DNA of 64,000 nt, from positions 1-64,000 of the forward strand of contig CALSCO010000133.1 of the NCBI GenBank assembly GCA_943704415.1, in the 5' to 3' direction. Below are positions 47,464 to 58,693 of the stretch, piece after piece. How positions within the stretch are numbered: the first letter of the stretch is position 1; every line of letters starts with the position of its first letter. The notes beneath the pieces are model-generated. The model saw only the letters and a program-made list of their open reading frames with translations, made no database searches and had not been told where the DNA came from. The translations under genes and the position numbers were made by a program. This DNA is from Parvularia atlantis. Lineage: Eukaryota.

Positions 47464-49489
47464 ATGGCCGCAGCTAGCGTGACGCCGCCGGATCTGCTGT
47501 GGATCGCGCACCGCGACGTGCTCGCGCAGCGCGTGGCGGCCGTGCGCGCGCGGCGCGAGCAGCCGGGTGCGCAGCACGAGCATGCCGATGCGGCCGTGAC
47601 GCTCGTGCGCGATGCCAAGCGCATGCTCGCCGACTCCAAGACGTGGACGTTCGTCAAGTCGAGCAAGGCACGTGCTGCACGTTCCGTTCGTGTGACGTGA
47701 CCCGACTCGCCGCCGTGGACGACGCAGGGTGTGAGCATCTACAAGGCCGCGGACCCGAGCGGCGGCGCGGCGATCCTGAGCAAGGGCGAGGGCGTGATTG
47801 AGGGCGTGCCGCCGGCGCAGGTGCTAGCGATCACGACCAACACGGGCACGCGCGCCATCTGGGATTCTCTGTTCGAGACCGGCCGGCTGGTCAAGAGCTT
47901 CGCGCCGGACGTGAACGTGGTGTGGGCGGCGATGAAGGTGCGCGCGCACGGCAGTTTGGGGCCGGCCGGAGAACGCTGACAGGGTGTCGATGCGTGATGA
48001 CAGGGCGTCATGCTCGTCGCCTCCCGCGACCTTGCCGGCCTGTCAGTGACCGTGGTCGAGCCAGACGGCGTGATCATCAACGCAGTCCGGTGCGCGACCC
48101 CGCAACAGCGCGAGGCGGGCGCACCCGACCGACGCGCGCGCAGGTCGATCGAGACGCCGCTTGTGCCGCCCGAGAGCGGCCGCGTGCGCATGCACGTCGG
48201 CATCGCGGCCTGGGTGCACGGCGCAGCGTGTGCGCACGCGCCCAGCTCACTCGTGAGTGTCGCAGATCCTTGAGCCGCTGGTCGGCAGCGACGGGCGGCC
48301 GGGCACGCGCGCGACGTACCTCGCTCAGACAGGTGAGACAGCCGCGCGGCACGGCGAGCAGAGCAGCTCACGCGCTGTCGCAGACCTCAAGGGCTGGATC
48401 CCATCGGGCATCACGGCGACGGTGGCCGAGATGACGCCGATGTGCGTCGAGAAGGTGACGAGCTACATCAGCAACCGCGGCGTGCCGCCGTACATGTCGG
48501 GCGTGTGCGGCCTGCTCAACGACGTCCGGTTTGCCGACGCCGAGTCGTCCTTCGCGCTCGTCTTCACCGGCAGCAAGTCGCCCGTGTGCGCGCCGCACAC
48601 CGAGTTGCACGTGCCGCTGCGTCGCTACCCGAACGGCGTCGCGCTCGGTGTGACCCAGCCCGAGCTGTTTGCCGTGCGGGTCATGCGCACGGACCTGTAC
48701 GGGCTCGCGACGGTGCACCTGCGCCTCGTTCCGCTCAGCGACAAGTTTGTCGGCGTGCAGGTCATCCTCTCGGTCAAGCCTGCTGCGAGCGCACCTGGCG
48801 CGGTCACGCTCAACGGCCAGCCGGCGACCGTCGAGCCGTACGTGGCGAGCGCCAGCGAAGGCGCCGCGCCCGAGACACCGCGCACGCCGACCGGCCTCGC
48901 CGTCGACGTCTCGCGCGCAGCTGCCGTGGCCGACGACGACGACGACGACGACGACGACGCTGAGCGGACGCCGCTGCGCGACAGTGCGCTGCCTTGCTCA
49001 CGTGCCCGTGATCGCTGACGGCCTGGTGCAGAGGAGATTGACAGCACGCTGGCCGCGGTCGGTATCAAGCCGGCCCTGCCCAACGCCAACGCGTCGGCGC
49101 ACGTCGTCACCGCCGTCTCGCTGTCGCCGCGGCGGCCCGGCAGCAGCCTCGGCTCGCGCTCACCCCGGAAGCTGCGCAGCCCTGGCCTCAGCGTGGCCGT
49201 CTCGGTCGACGCGAGCCTCGCCCCAGCTGCTGCAGCGGCCGCTCCCGCATCGGCAGCCGCGCCGGCTCGCGCGTCGTCCGTGTCTGTGCAGGTCTCGCAG
49301 ACGCACCGCCAGTTCAAGCAGCTCGGCGCGAGCATCGACCAGCTTCAGCAGCAGCTCGACCGCACCGCCGGCACCAAGGCCCCGCCCCGCGCCCGCGGCA
49401 TCCTCGCGCGCCTCCCACCGAGCCGCCTCGCGCTGTTCGTGCTTGTCTTTGCGCTGCTGTTCCTGCTGCGCTGGCGCTGGCGCGCGTAG
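47464..49489 (+). CDS. START-domain lipid-binding protein with C-terminal TM
   Basis: WTFVKSSK|GVSIYK, KGEGVIEG, RAIWDSLF, VASRDLAG, VPPESGRVRM, DLKGWIP; TM LALFVLVFALLFLL. Confidence 0.85.
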
Positions 49490-49493
49490 CCCA

Positions 49494-49495
<2 letters not shown>

Positions 49496-49543
<48 letters not shown>
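49496..49543. repeat. (GT)n microsatellite between convergent genes
   Basis: Seen directly. Confidence 0.95.
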
Positions 49544-49546
<3 letters not shown>

Positions 49547-49607
49547 CCTGTCTCTCTCCCTCTCCTGTTGCCTGTCTACACGCGTCCGGTCAGCGCGGGG
49601 TCAAATG

Positions 49608-50016
49608 TCACGGTTCCGTCGACGTGGCCTGCTCGACGTCCAGGTGCTCAACGTCGACGCGCACGATGTGCTTGCCCGGCACAAGCACGAGGCCGACAAA
49701 GCGCTTGCGCTCTGCGCAGGGACGCACGCGCGTCAGCCGAGCCGCTCGTATGCAGCGCGCACGCACCGCGCAGCACCTCGGTCGTGCCCGCAAGGATCAG
49801 GTTGCGGTGCGCGTCCGTGCACATGAACGTGCCCGTGAGCTCGCGCCCGTCGCCGATCGTCACGCGCATGCGATGGCTGAGGTACCTGCGCCGCGCATCC
49901 GCGTCACCGAACCGCGCCCGAGCACGGCACGGCAGGCGGCAGCACCCGCGCAGCCGGCGCATCACGGGCGTGTCTCTTGCGGCCTCGTCAGCCTGGGCAC
50001 TCTGTACATCACCCAT
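49608..50016 (-). CDS. NAA38: LSm-domain NatC auxiliary subunit NAA38/MAK31-like
   Basis: YLSHRMRVTIGDGRELTGTFMCTDAHRNLIL...RFVGLVLVPGKHIVRV; start either 50016 or 49962. Confidence 0.8.
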
Positions 50017-50978
50017 GGCATCTGATGACGTGCGTGGTCTATGCGCGCGCTCTTTCGCTCACTTGGGCGATCTGCGGCAGCTCGCACGCGTCGAGGGCAG
50101 CCTCGCGCGCGACGGCTTCGCGTTTCAGGCGCTCGGGCCGGAGCTGATGACGGCCGAGGCCTGGGATGACACGGCGCTGATCCGCGCCTGGGACAACGCC
50201 GTGAAGCAGTACCAGGCAAGCACGACGCGCGCGCGATGCAGCTGCTGTCTGCTGGTTGACGTGGGGCCGGCGATGCAGCGGCACAACGGCTCCGGCAAGG
50301 GCAAGGCGCCGGCGCCGGCGCAGGCTCAGGCCGCTGCGAGCAGCAGCAGCAGCAGCAGCGCGTTTGGCCGATGGGCCGTCGGTGACGCGTGCTGGGCGCC
50401 GTGGTCGGGCGACGGCGCGCTGTACGCGGCGACGGTCAAGCGGCTGCACAGGAAGAGCGGCGCGGTGGTTGCGCAGGTCACATTCATCCAGTACGGCACG
50501 AGCGAGGACGTGCGCATCGACCTGCTGCAGGCCGGGCCGCCCGACGTGGCCGACAACGGCGACGATGCGGACCGCGCAGATGCGGACGGCGAGCCGAGCG
50601 AGGACGCGGGCGAGGACAAGCTCGAGGAGGGAGAGGAGCCGCCGGGCGACGGGAGCGAGGCAGCGGCGCAGGACGAGGACGAGCCGACACCGAAGCGGCG
50701 CAAGACGTCGCCCGCAGCTGCGCCGGCCGCGCCCTTCCCCGAGCACGCCGCGCAGGTGTCGATGCCTCCGATGCCGTTGCCCGGTGCGCGCTGCGGCTGC
50801 GGCTCGGTGTGCTGTGCCTGACGCTGCGCCACACAGACGACGCCGACCTGGCGAACGTGGTCATGGCGTGGTACTTCAGCGGGTACTACACGGGGCTGTA
50901 CCAGGTGCACAGCACGCGCTCGCACGCGCTCGCACATGCTGACCGCGACCGGGCGCGCAGGCAAAGCGGCGCGCTTAG
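50015..50978 (+). CDS. SMN: Survival motor neuron protein homolog
   Basis: Gemin2-binding WDDTALIRAWDNAV, Tudor WAVGDACWAPWSGDGALYAATV...FIQYG, YG box LANVVMAWYFSGYYTGLYQ; start may be 50015 or 50147. Confidence 0.92.
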
Positions 50979-51007
50979 AGCTGATGATGTACACATGTAT
51001 GCACGGG

Positions 51008-51661
51008 TCACAACTGGTCGTCGATCTCCTCGGCCTCCTGCTGGATCAGCGCCTCGAGGTCGGCCAGCTCCTGCTGCAGGTCGACCGAGGCTGCACGCTT
51101 ATCAACAACAGACGCAGCAGCGGTTGAGCGAGCGCACCGCCTGCGACGGCCGCGCCGTGCAGCAGCTTGAGTTGGACGCGGCTGTGCGCGACGGCGGCGC
51201 GCTGGCACGACCGGATGGTGCCTGCGCAGCGGCGCTCAGCCTGGCGGCACGCGCGTGGCGGCGGCAGCGCGCACCGCCGACGTGGATGACCGTGAGCATG
51301 CACGGCACGCCCGCGAGCGCCGTAATGAACGTGAGCGCGCCCCAGAGTATTCGGAACTGGTCGCGTGCGACGCGCACGATAAACAGGCCGGTCCTGCTGT
51401 TGACGTACTTGACTGGCGATGGTCTCAGCCACGCGCACATGCGACCAGATCTCGCGCACCGGAGAAGAGCTGCTGGATCGCGCCCGCGCCGTGGTCGCCA
51501 AAGTTGGCCTGCACCGCATCGCGCATGGCCTTGGCCATGATGGGCGCGCACAGCACCTCGGCAGCCCCGCCCGCGCCGGCCGCGCGCAGGCCGCCCTCGC
51601 CCGCCACCAGGCCCTCGCCGCGCACCTCGCCCAGCAGGTACCGCACCTTTAGCCGCACCAT
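51008..51661 (-). CDS. POP5: RNase P/MRP subunit POP5
   Basis: MVRLKVRYLL, VQANFGDHGAG, VKYVNSRTGLFIVRVARDQFRILWGALTFIT, VIHVG|GTIRSCQ. Confidence 0.92.
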
Positions 51662-51701
51662 CTCAACTGTGTGTACACAGGTTGCGCAACGAGCATCTTC
51701 C

Positions 51702-54700
51702 ATGCGGCGCGCATCGGCTGCGTCCTCCGCGTGCGTCCCCGATCGCCTTCGCGGGCGCGCACTGTACTCACGGTCGCATCGGAGCAGCAAGGCCGCCGAC
51801 CTGCTGAACCGCGAGGGCAGCGGGCTGGTCTCGTTTGCGAGCTTCGCCGCGTCATCGGCGTCAGCAGCGGCCGAAGACGTCGATGTGCGTGACACAGCGG
51901 CGGGCGCGACCCCGGTCGCCTCACGTGCGCGCACCGCAGGCCGCGCTCGATGCCGAGCTCGTGCTCGTCCTGCGCAAGCTGTCGAAGCGCGACGTGACAA
52001 CCAAGATAAAGGCGCTCGACGAGCTCGCCGAGATGGTCCAGGCCAAGCCGGTCGACGACGTCGCGGCCGCACTCGGCAAGTGGGTGCGCCGCCGTGTCGC
52101 CGCGCGCGTGCAGGACGCACGCTCACACATCGGCGCCGCCAGAGCAAGGCCTACGCCAAGCTCGCGCTCGACAACGACCGGCGTGTGCGCGACGGCGCCC
52201 AGCGCGTGCTCGCGGCCGTCGTGGCGCGCGTGCAGCGCCGCATCGCGCCGCACCTCAAGACGCTCATGCCGTGGTGGTTGGCCATGCGCTTCGACCAGAG
52301 CCGCGACGTCGCCCGCAGTGCCGCCGCCGCGTTCGAGCAGGCCTTCCCGACCGCGCCGAAGGAGCGCGCGGCGCTGTTTCATTGCGCCGACGACGTCCTG
52401 GCCACGCTCACCGATCTCGTCGTTGTCCAGACGCCCGACACGATCGGTGCGTGTGGCCGCCGCCGACTGCATGCCCGCTGACGCACACGCGCGCCCAGGC
52501 GACAACAAGGTTCTCACGAAGGACGAGCTCGCGGCCGTCTACGAGCGCAGCGTCTCGGCCGCGCTGCAAGCCCTCGCGCACTTTGCCAGTGCGTCGATGC
52601 TGCTGCGTGCCGCGCCGCTGATCCCGCGCCAGCCGTCACCGCCGAGCCCGCGCAGGCGCCCGAGTCGCCCGATCGCGGCGCCGCACTCCCGCCGCTCGCC
52701 CCTTCCGCGTGGCAGCAGCTGCTCGAGGCCAAGAAGCTGTGGACGCAGGCCAAGCACGCGTCGCCGACCGTGCGCCGCGCCTTCTACCGCCTGCTGTCGG
52801 CGCTCGCTCTTCGTGCGCCCGGTGCGCTTGTGCTGCGCCGATTGCTGCTGCTGCAGTCTTACCGGACGACGACGGCAGACGCGCTCGCGCCGCACCTCGA
52901 GACCGTGCACGGCGTGCTATTTTCGTTCGCCGAGCGCGACGGGCACGCGCTGGCATCGCTGTGGGAGGCGGTGACGGTCGTCAGCAGCGGTGTGCGACGT
53001 CCACACTCGGCGCCGTTGCGTTGACGTCGTGCTGCCGCAGCCCTCCCGGCCATCTGGACGGCTAAGGACCCGCGCAAGGCACTCCTGCCGGCGTTCATGC
53101 AGTTCCTGCGCAACGGCTGCTTCGGCTCCGGGCGCACGTCGTACCCGTCGCTGCTCGTCGTCACGGCCGCGTTCCCCACCGATGTCAGGGCGCACTGTCG
53201 CCGCGCGGTGCATGCTGACCGGCGTGCGCGCAGATCGTTGGCATATCGACGGCCGCGCTCTGGGAGCCCCTTCTGACGGCACTCTGCGACGGCGCGGCGG
53301 CGGAGAGCTTCGGCTCGGCGGCCGAGCACGGCAAGGGGTTTGCGGACACCCTCGCCGAGCTGTGGACGCTGCTGTTGTCGTCGCGGTCCGGGTTGCCCAC
53401 GTACGAGCACGGAAGCGTGCAGTACCTTGCTGAGATGGGGCGCAACAGTGCTGCGGTGCCGCTGGCCGAGCGCGTCGACCTCGCGCAACGCATCGCGCTG
53501 TGGACCGTCACGGCGTTGCTGGCAGAAGTGCGTGCCCGGCAACTGTGCGGGAGGGGGCGTGCAAGCTCACAGACGCGGCCCAGACGACCCGCGTGCAGAC
53601 CGATCGCCTCGCGAGCGCCCTTGCGATGATGCTGACCCACGCCAGCAGCCGGCCCGAGCTCGCCGGTTGCGTGCTGCGGACGAAGCCGTGCGGGCTCGTC
53701 GCACTCACGCACGCGCGCTTACAGGCATTGTTAAGGCTGTGGCGGAGGCCGTGGAGGCGCAGAGCATCGCCGTCGTGTCGGACGAGCAGGCGTCTTCAGG
53801 GGCCGTAGCGCGCGTCGATGCGATGCTGGCGGTGCTGCGTGAGGGTGCCCTGGCGAGCGTCGTCGGCGTGCCACTGACCGTGCGCGTGATCGCGACCGTC
53901 GTCAGCGTGATTGTCCATCGACCCGGTGCGCTGCGTGCTCGACCGAGTGACACACTGACTCGCGTGCGCAGAGGTGCCTGTGACGGTCCGCCTGGGCAAG
54001 ATGCAGTGCGCCCTGGGTGACGCGGCCGTTGCACGCGCGTGCCCGTGGGATGCCGTCAAGGCTCTCTTTGGCCGCGACGTCTGCGCGGCGGGCATCGCAC
54101 GTTGGGACCTCATTGCGACGAGTGCGTCGCGTTGCGCATGTGAAGCGACGCAGACTGAGCAGTGCTGCGCGGCAGGCGTCTACGCTGACGCGCTCGCTGC
54201 TGTGCTTCGCACGGTCAGCGTCAGCGCTGACGAGGCGCAGAGGGCCGTTGACGGCGTCCTGGCCGTCGTAATGGACGCTGCGGCGCCGCTGCACGCCAAG
54301 ACGGTCGTGCTGCAGGGGGTGCGGGCGTCCAGCTGCGCACGCTTAGCGATCGAGGCTCACGTTTTGCGCGGGGCCGCAGATGCAGAGCGTCGACGGCGCG
54401 AAGCTTGGCCTTGTGTGGCCGTCGCTCGATGCCGTTCTGGACCTGGTGTTTCACAGCCAGAGTGAGGAGGTCTCAGCCGTGGGGGAGTTCGCCGCGCTGT
54501 GCCTGGGCGCGCCAGCAGGTGGGGCTGCAGCCGTTTGTGTGGTCGCTGGCACTCACGCGCTCGGGACAGGCGCGCTCGGCGTGTCGGAGGCGGCCAAGCT
54601 GGTGACCATGCGCGAGCTGCTCGCCGGCGTTGAGGCGCTCGACGAGCTCGCAATTGACACGGTCGAGCGGCTCATGCACCGGGCGACGCACGAGCTGCTC

Positions 54701-57700
54701 GCGCCCAGCCACGTGCGTGCGCCCGACACTGTCACATGCCCGGGCTGACGCGCGCGCGCGCGCGTGCAGGACATCGCCTCGGCAGCGCTGTTCCGGCTGG
54801 CCACGGCGAGCGATACGGACAAGCCAGGCGCGGCGGCTGTGCACGAGCTGCAGACGGTTTGGGGTGCGCTGGCGTCGTCGGTCGCGGATTTGCCGGAGGC
54901 TGTGTGGCAGCCGTGGCTGGCGTCGCTCGCGCAGCGCGTCGTGTCGCACCCGTCCAGGTGAGCGCCGCAGCGGGCCAGTCGGTCCGCGTGGCTGACCAAG
55001 CTGCGCACGCAGTGTCGTTGCACGGCTGCGCGTCGTCGATCTGGCCGTCAAGGGGCTGCAGAGTGCGTGCGGCGCTCAGCTCCTGCGGCGGCTCGTGACT
55101 GGTCTCGCTGACACCGTCGTGGCGGCACCCGGTGCGTGTGCAAGGTCGGTGAAGCTCGTTATGCTGACACAGCGCGCAGACAATGACACGCTGCTGGTGC
55201 AGTTCCGCGACTTTGCCTTCCTGCCTGGCGTGCTCTTCCCGGCGTACGCCGCGGGCCCTGCGGCCGACCAGTCGCTTCTCGCGTCGACGGTCGTGGTGGG
55301 GCCGATTGAAGACCCGGCCGTGCCGCTGCACACGCTGCTCGCCCTCGGCGTGCTCGCGCGTCACGGCGGCGCCGTGCTCTCGTCGGCGGACGCGGTCGAG
55401 GCGTGTGCGACGGTTGTACAGGCGCTCGTGCTGCACCTGGCGCGCAGCGACAGCCGGCTCGACCGCACACTCGAGCACGCCGTTTTGGGCATGGACGAGC
55501 ACACGGACGCGGCGGCGCATCTGTGGAAGGCGCTGCTGGCGGGTCTGCAGCCAGCCGTCGCGGTCGAGGTGCTCGCAGGCGCTCTGCGCGGCGCTGAGGC
55601 TGCGACCGATGCGAGCGGCTCGGCGCGACTTGTGCACGAGCTTGTGCGGCGCTCGCTGCGCACCCTGCACGCGGCCAAGACGACTGCCTTCGCGCCCGGC
55701 GCCGTGCCGGCGCAGCTCGTGCTGCACTCGACCGTGAGTGCCATCTGCGGTGTCGCCGCGCGGCTCGACGCACTTGCGCCTGTGCTCAGCGATGGTGCGC
55801 GCACACATCGCTCGTATGGCGGCCTCTGGTTGAACTGACGCTGCGTGCGACAGTGCCGTTCGAAGCGCGCATCGCGGCTGTCGCCGCGTGGGTGCCACAT
55901 CTGAGCCTTGCGGACGGCGAGCGGGCCAAGCGCGTGACGGCCGAGGCGATCGCGGTGCTGCGCCAGCTGCCGCCTGAGCAGGCGTTTGGCGCGCAAGGCG
56001 TGGGCCGCATTGAGGGTGCGTTATGCGGATCCCGGCTGCACGTGCTGTTCTCACGTGCGAACGCAAAGCCTGGAAGCGGCTCGCGCTGCTGCACGCGAGC
56101 ATGAGCATAGTGCCCGAGCCCGTCGTCGCGCTCGACGCGCACATGGCCCTGTACGCGACAAACACGGGCGAGCACCTGCGAGGGCGCGAGCGGGCCGTTC
56201 AGGCCGAGGCACGCCTCCGCTTGCGCTTGCAACTACTGAGCGCTGACCCGGGGGCCTGCAGGCCGCGGGCATCCTCGCCAAGCTGCTCGCGTACCTGCCG
56301 ATGCCGGTCTGGGCCGGCGAGGGCGCGCCATCGCTCCGCACGCGCTGGGACTTTGTCATGGCGCGCCTCACGTCGTGGCTCTCGGTGCGCGCTCGTGCGG
56401 GTGTCCCCATGTGACGCCATTTGATCGGGCGCGCAAGGACGCGCCGCTGTCGGCCGAGACGCTGCTGTTGTGGCACGCCGCGTTTCGCGTGCTGCAGGAG
56501 ATCGCGGTCATGTTCCGCGAGGAGGCCGAGCTCGTGGGCACGGCGCCGCTGCCGCTGTCGGTCGCGTCGCTGCTGCGCGACTGGAACTCGTGCCGGGCCG
56601 CGCTCTTCGGCCCGGTCATGCAGGTATACCTCGCCAACGCCCGTGAGCGCCGCAGCGCACGCGCTCGCTGGCTGCCGAGGTTGACGGCTGCGTCACACGC
56701 GTGTGTACAGAGCTCAGCCGGATGCCGGCCGGGCGACGCCTGCTGCGGGTCGCCGCGCGGCTGCTGCCCGAGTGCACCGAGGCGCTCGTGGTGCCGGACC
56801 AGCAGCGCATCGTCGAGACGCTGCAGACGGTGCGCGCCCGACCTCCTTCGCGCGTGCCGTCTTGACACGCCGCGCGCGCGACGTAGTACCTGCGCTGTCT
56901 GCGCGGTGACTTTGACGCGGTCCAGCGCGGCGCGTACAGCCTGATCCAGCGCGCGATGCAGATCCAGGCGCAGACGCTGTCGCTCGCGGAGGAGAACACG
57001 CCAGGTGCGGTTTTTGTGCTAAGCGCGTGGGCCCTGACGTGCCACCGATGCGCCAGACGCGCCCGTCGAAGCCGAGCAGCCCGCGTCGCCCGAGCACTGG
57101 AAGCACGCGCTCGGAGACGTGCTCGCGCTCGTGCTGCAGACGGTGCGCCTGCGCATGCGCGTGCGTGTGCGGAAGGCTCACGCCCTGTGTCAGGTGCTGG
57201 ACGTGCGCCGGCTCGACATGCAAGAGTCGCTGCGGACAGACGGCACCGAGCGCGACACGGTGCGCCGCCGTGCTGGTCGCTGCGACGCGCTGACGGGCGC
57301 TCAGGCGCACCACTACCTGCTCGCGTACCTGCTCGGGTGGCTGCTCGTGCTCGACCACCTCGACGCTGAGGTATGCTGGCGCTGGCGCAGCGCGTGTTGC
57401 GGCTGACCGTGCGGCGTGCGACAGAACACGCGCCTGCGGCTGCAGCACGTCGCGTTTCTGCAGCGCATGGACGGCCGGCCACTGGACGAGCTCATGCTCG
57501 TGCTCGCCGAGCTGCTCAACTTGCACGACGTGCCGTTCGCGCCCCGGCAGCCGCTGCACCGGGTCCCGCTTGGCGGTGCGTACGCGGTCACATAGGGCAG
57601 GTCGCTGGCTCACGCTCGTACGCCCCGCAGGCTGGGACGCGAGCGACGTGGACCTGTCACGTGCGTTTGCGCAGCTCGCGGCGCACGTGCTGTGGCGCTT

Positions 57701-58679
57701 CTGTGCGTGCTGGCACTTGCGCGCGCTGGTGCGATGGCTCACACACCCTTGCGCAGTGCGCGGCATGCCCGCCTTCGTTCGTGACTGGTGGTCCGACTGC
57801 ACCGACCGCAAGCTCAAGCAGACGCTCGAAAAGTGCGGGCCATGCACGCGCTCGGGGTGAGTGGGTGCTGACGCGGCGCGCGCGCACAGGTACGTCGAGA
57901 CGCACTTCACGTCGTCGATCGTCGCGACACACGTCGCCGCCGTCACGCAGGGCAACGGTAAGGCGTCCGACAACATGGTCATCAAGGCTAGCACGGCGGG
58001 CAAGCAGGTGGGCGTACGGCATGCTCGCGCCTGCCATGTGCTGATGTGCGCGCGCGCACGCGCGCGCCCCAGGTCACGGCCGTGTACAAGATCGAGGAGA
58101 TGTCGATGGAGATGGCGATCCGCTTCCCTCCGTCGTTCCCGCTGCGGCCGGCGACGGTGCGCGCTGTGCTTGCTCGCCGTGCCTCGCGTGCTGACCGTCG
58201 CGGCAGGTCGAGAGCGGCACGCGCGTGGGCGTGTCCGAGTCGCAGTGGCGCCGCTGGCTGCTGTCGATGACGACGGTGATCGCGTCGCAGGTGCGCACGG
58301 CGGCCGCCTGCAATGCACCGCCTGAGACGCGCGCCCGCAGAACGGGACCATCCTCGAGGCGCTGCAAATGTGGAAGCAGGACGCCGACAAGATGTTTGAG
58401 GGTATCGAGGAGTGCGCGATCTGCTACTGCGTGCGTCCCGCGCACACGCACGCAGAGGCACCGGCTGAGGCCGCGTATGCCGTCGCAGGTCATCAGCACG
58501 CTCGATCGCTCGCTGCCCAAGGTCGCCTGCAAGACGTGCAAGCACAAGTTCCACGCCGTCTGCCTGGTTCGCGGGCTCAGCATTCCTGCCATCGCACTGA
58601 CTGCCCCGGCCCGTCGCAGTACAAGTGGTTCAAGAGCAGCAGCCAGTCGACGTGCCCGCTCTGCCGCAACCTCTTTTAG
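51702..58679 (+). CDS. LTN1: Listerin/Ltn1 ribosome quality-control RING E3 ligase, heavily spliced
   Basis: LRKLSKRDVTTKIKAL, LDNDRRVR, IAPHLKTLMPWW; C-terminal FPLRP...[61 protein letters not shown]. Confidence 0.95.
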
Positions 58680-58693
58680 CGCGGGCAGGTGCT

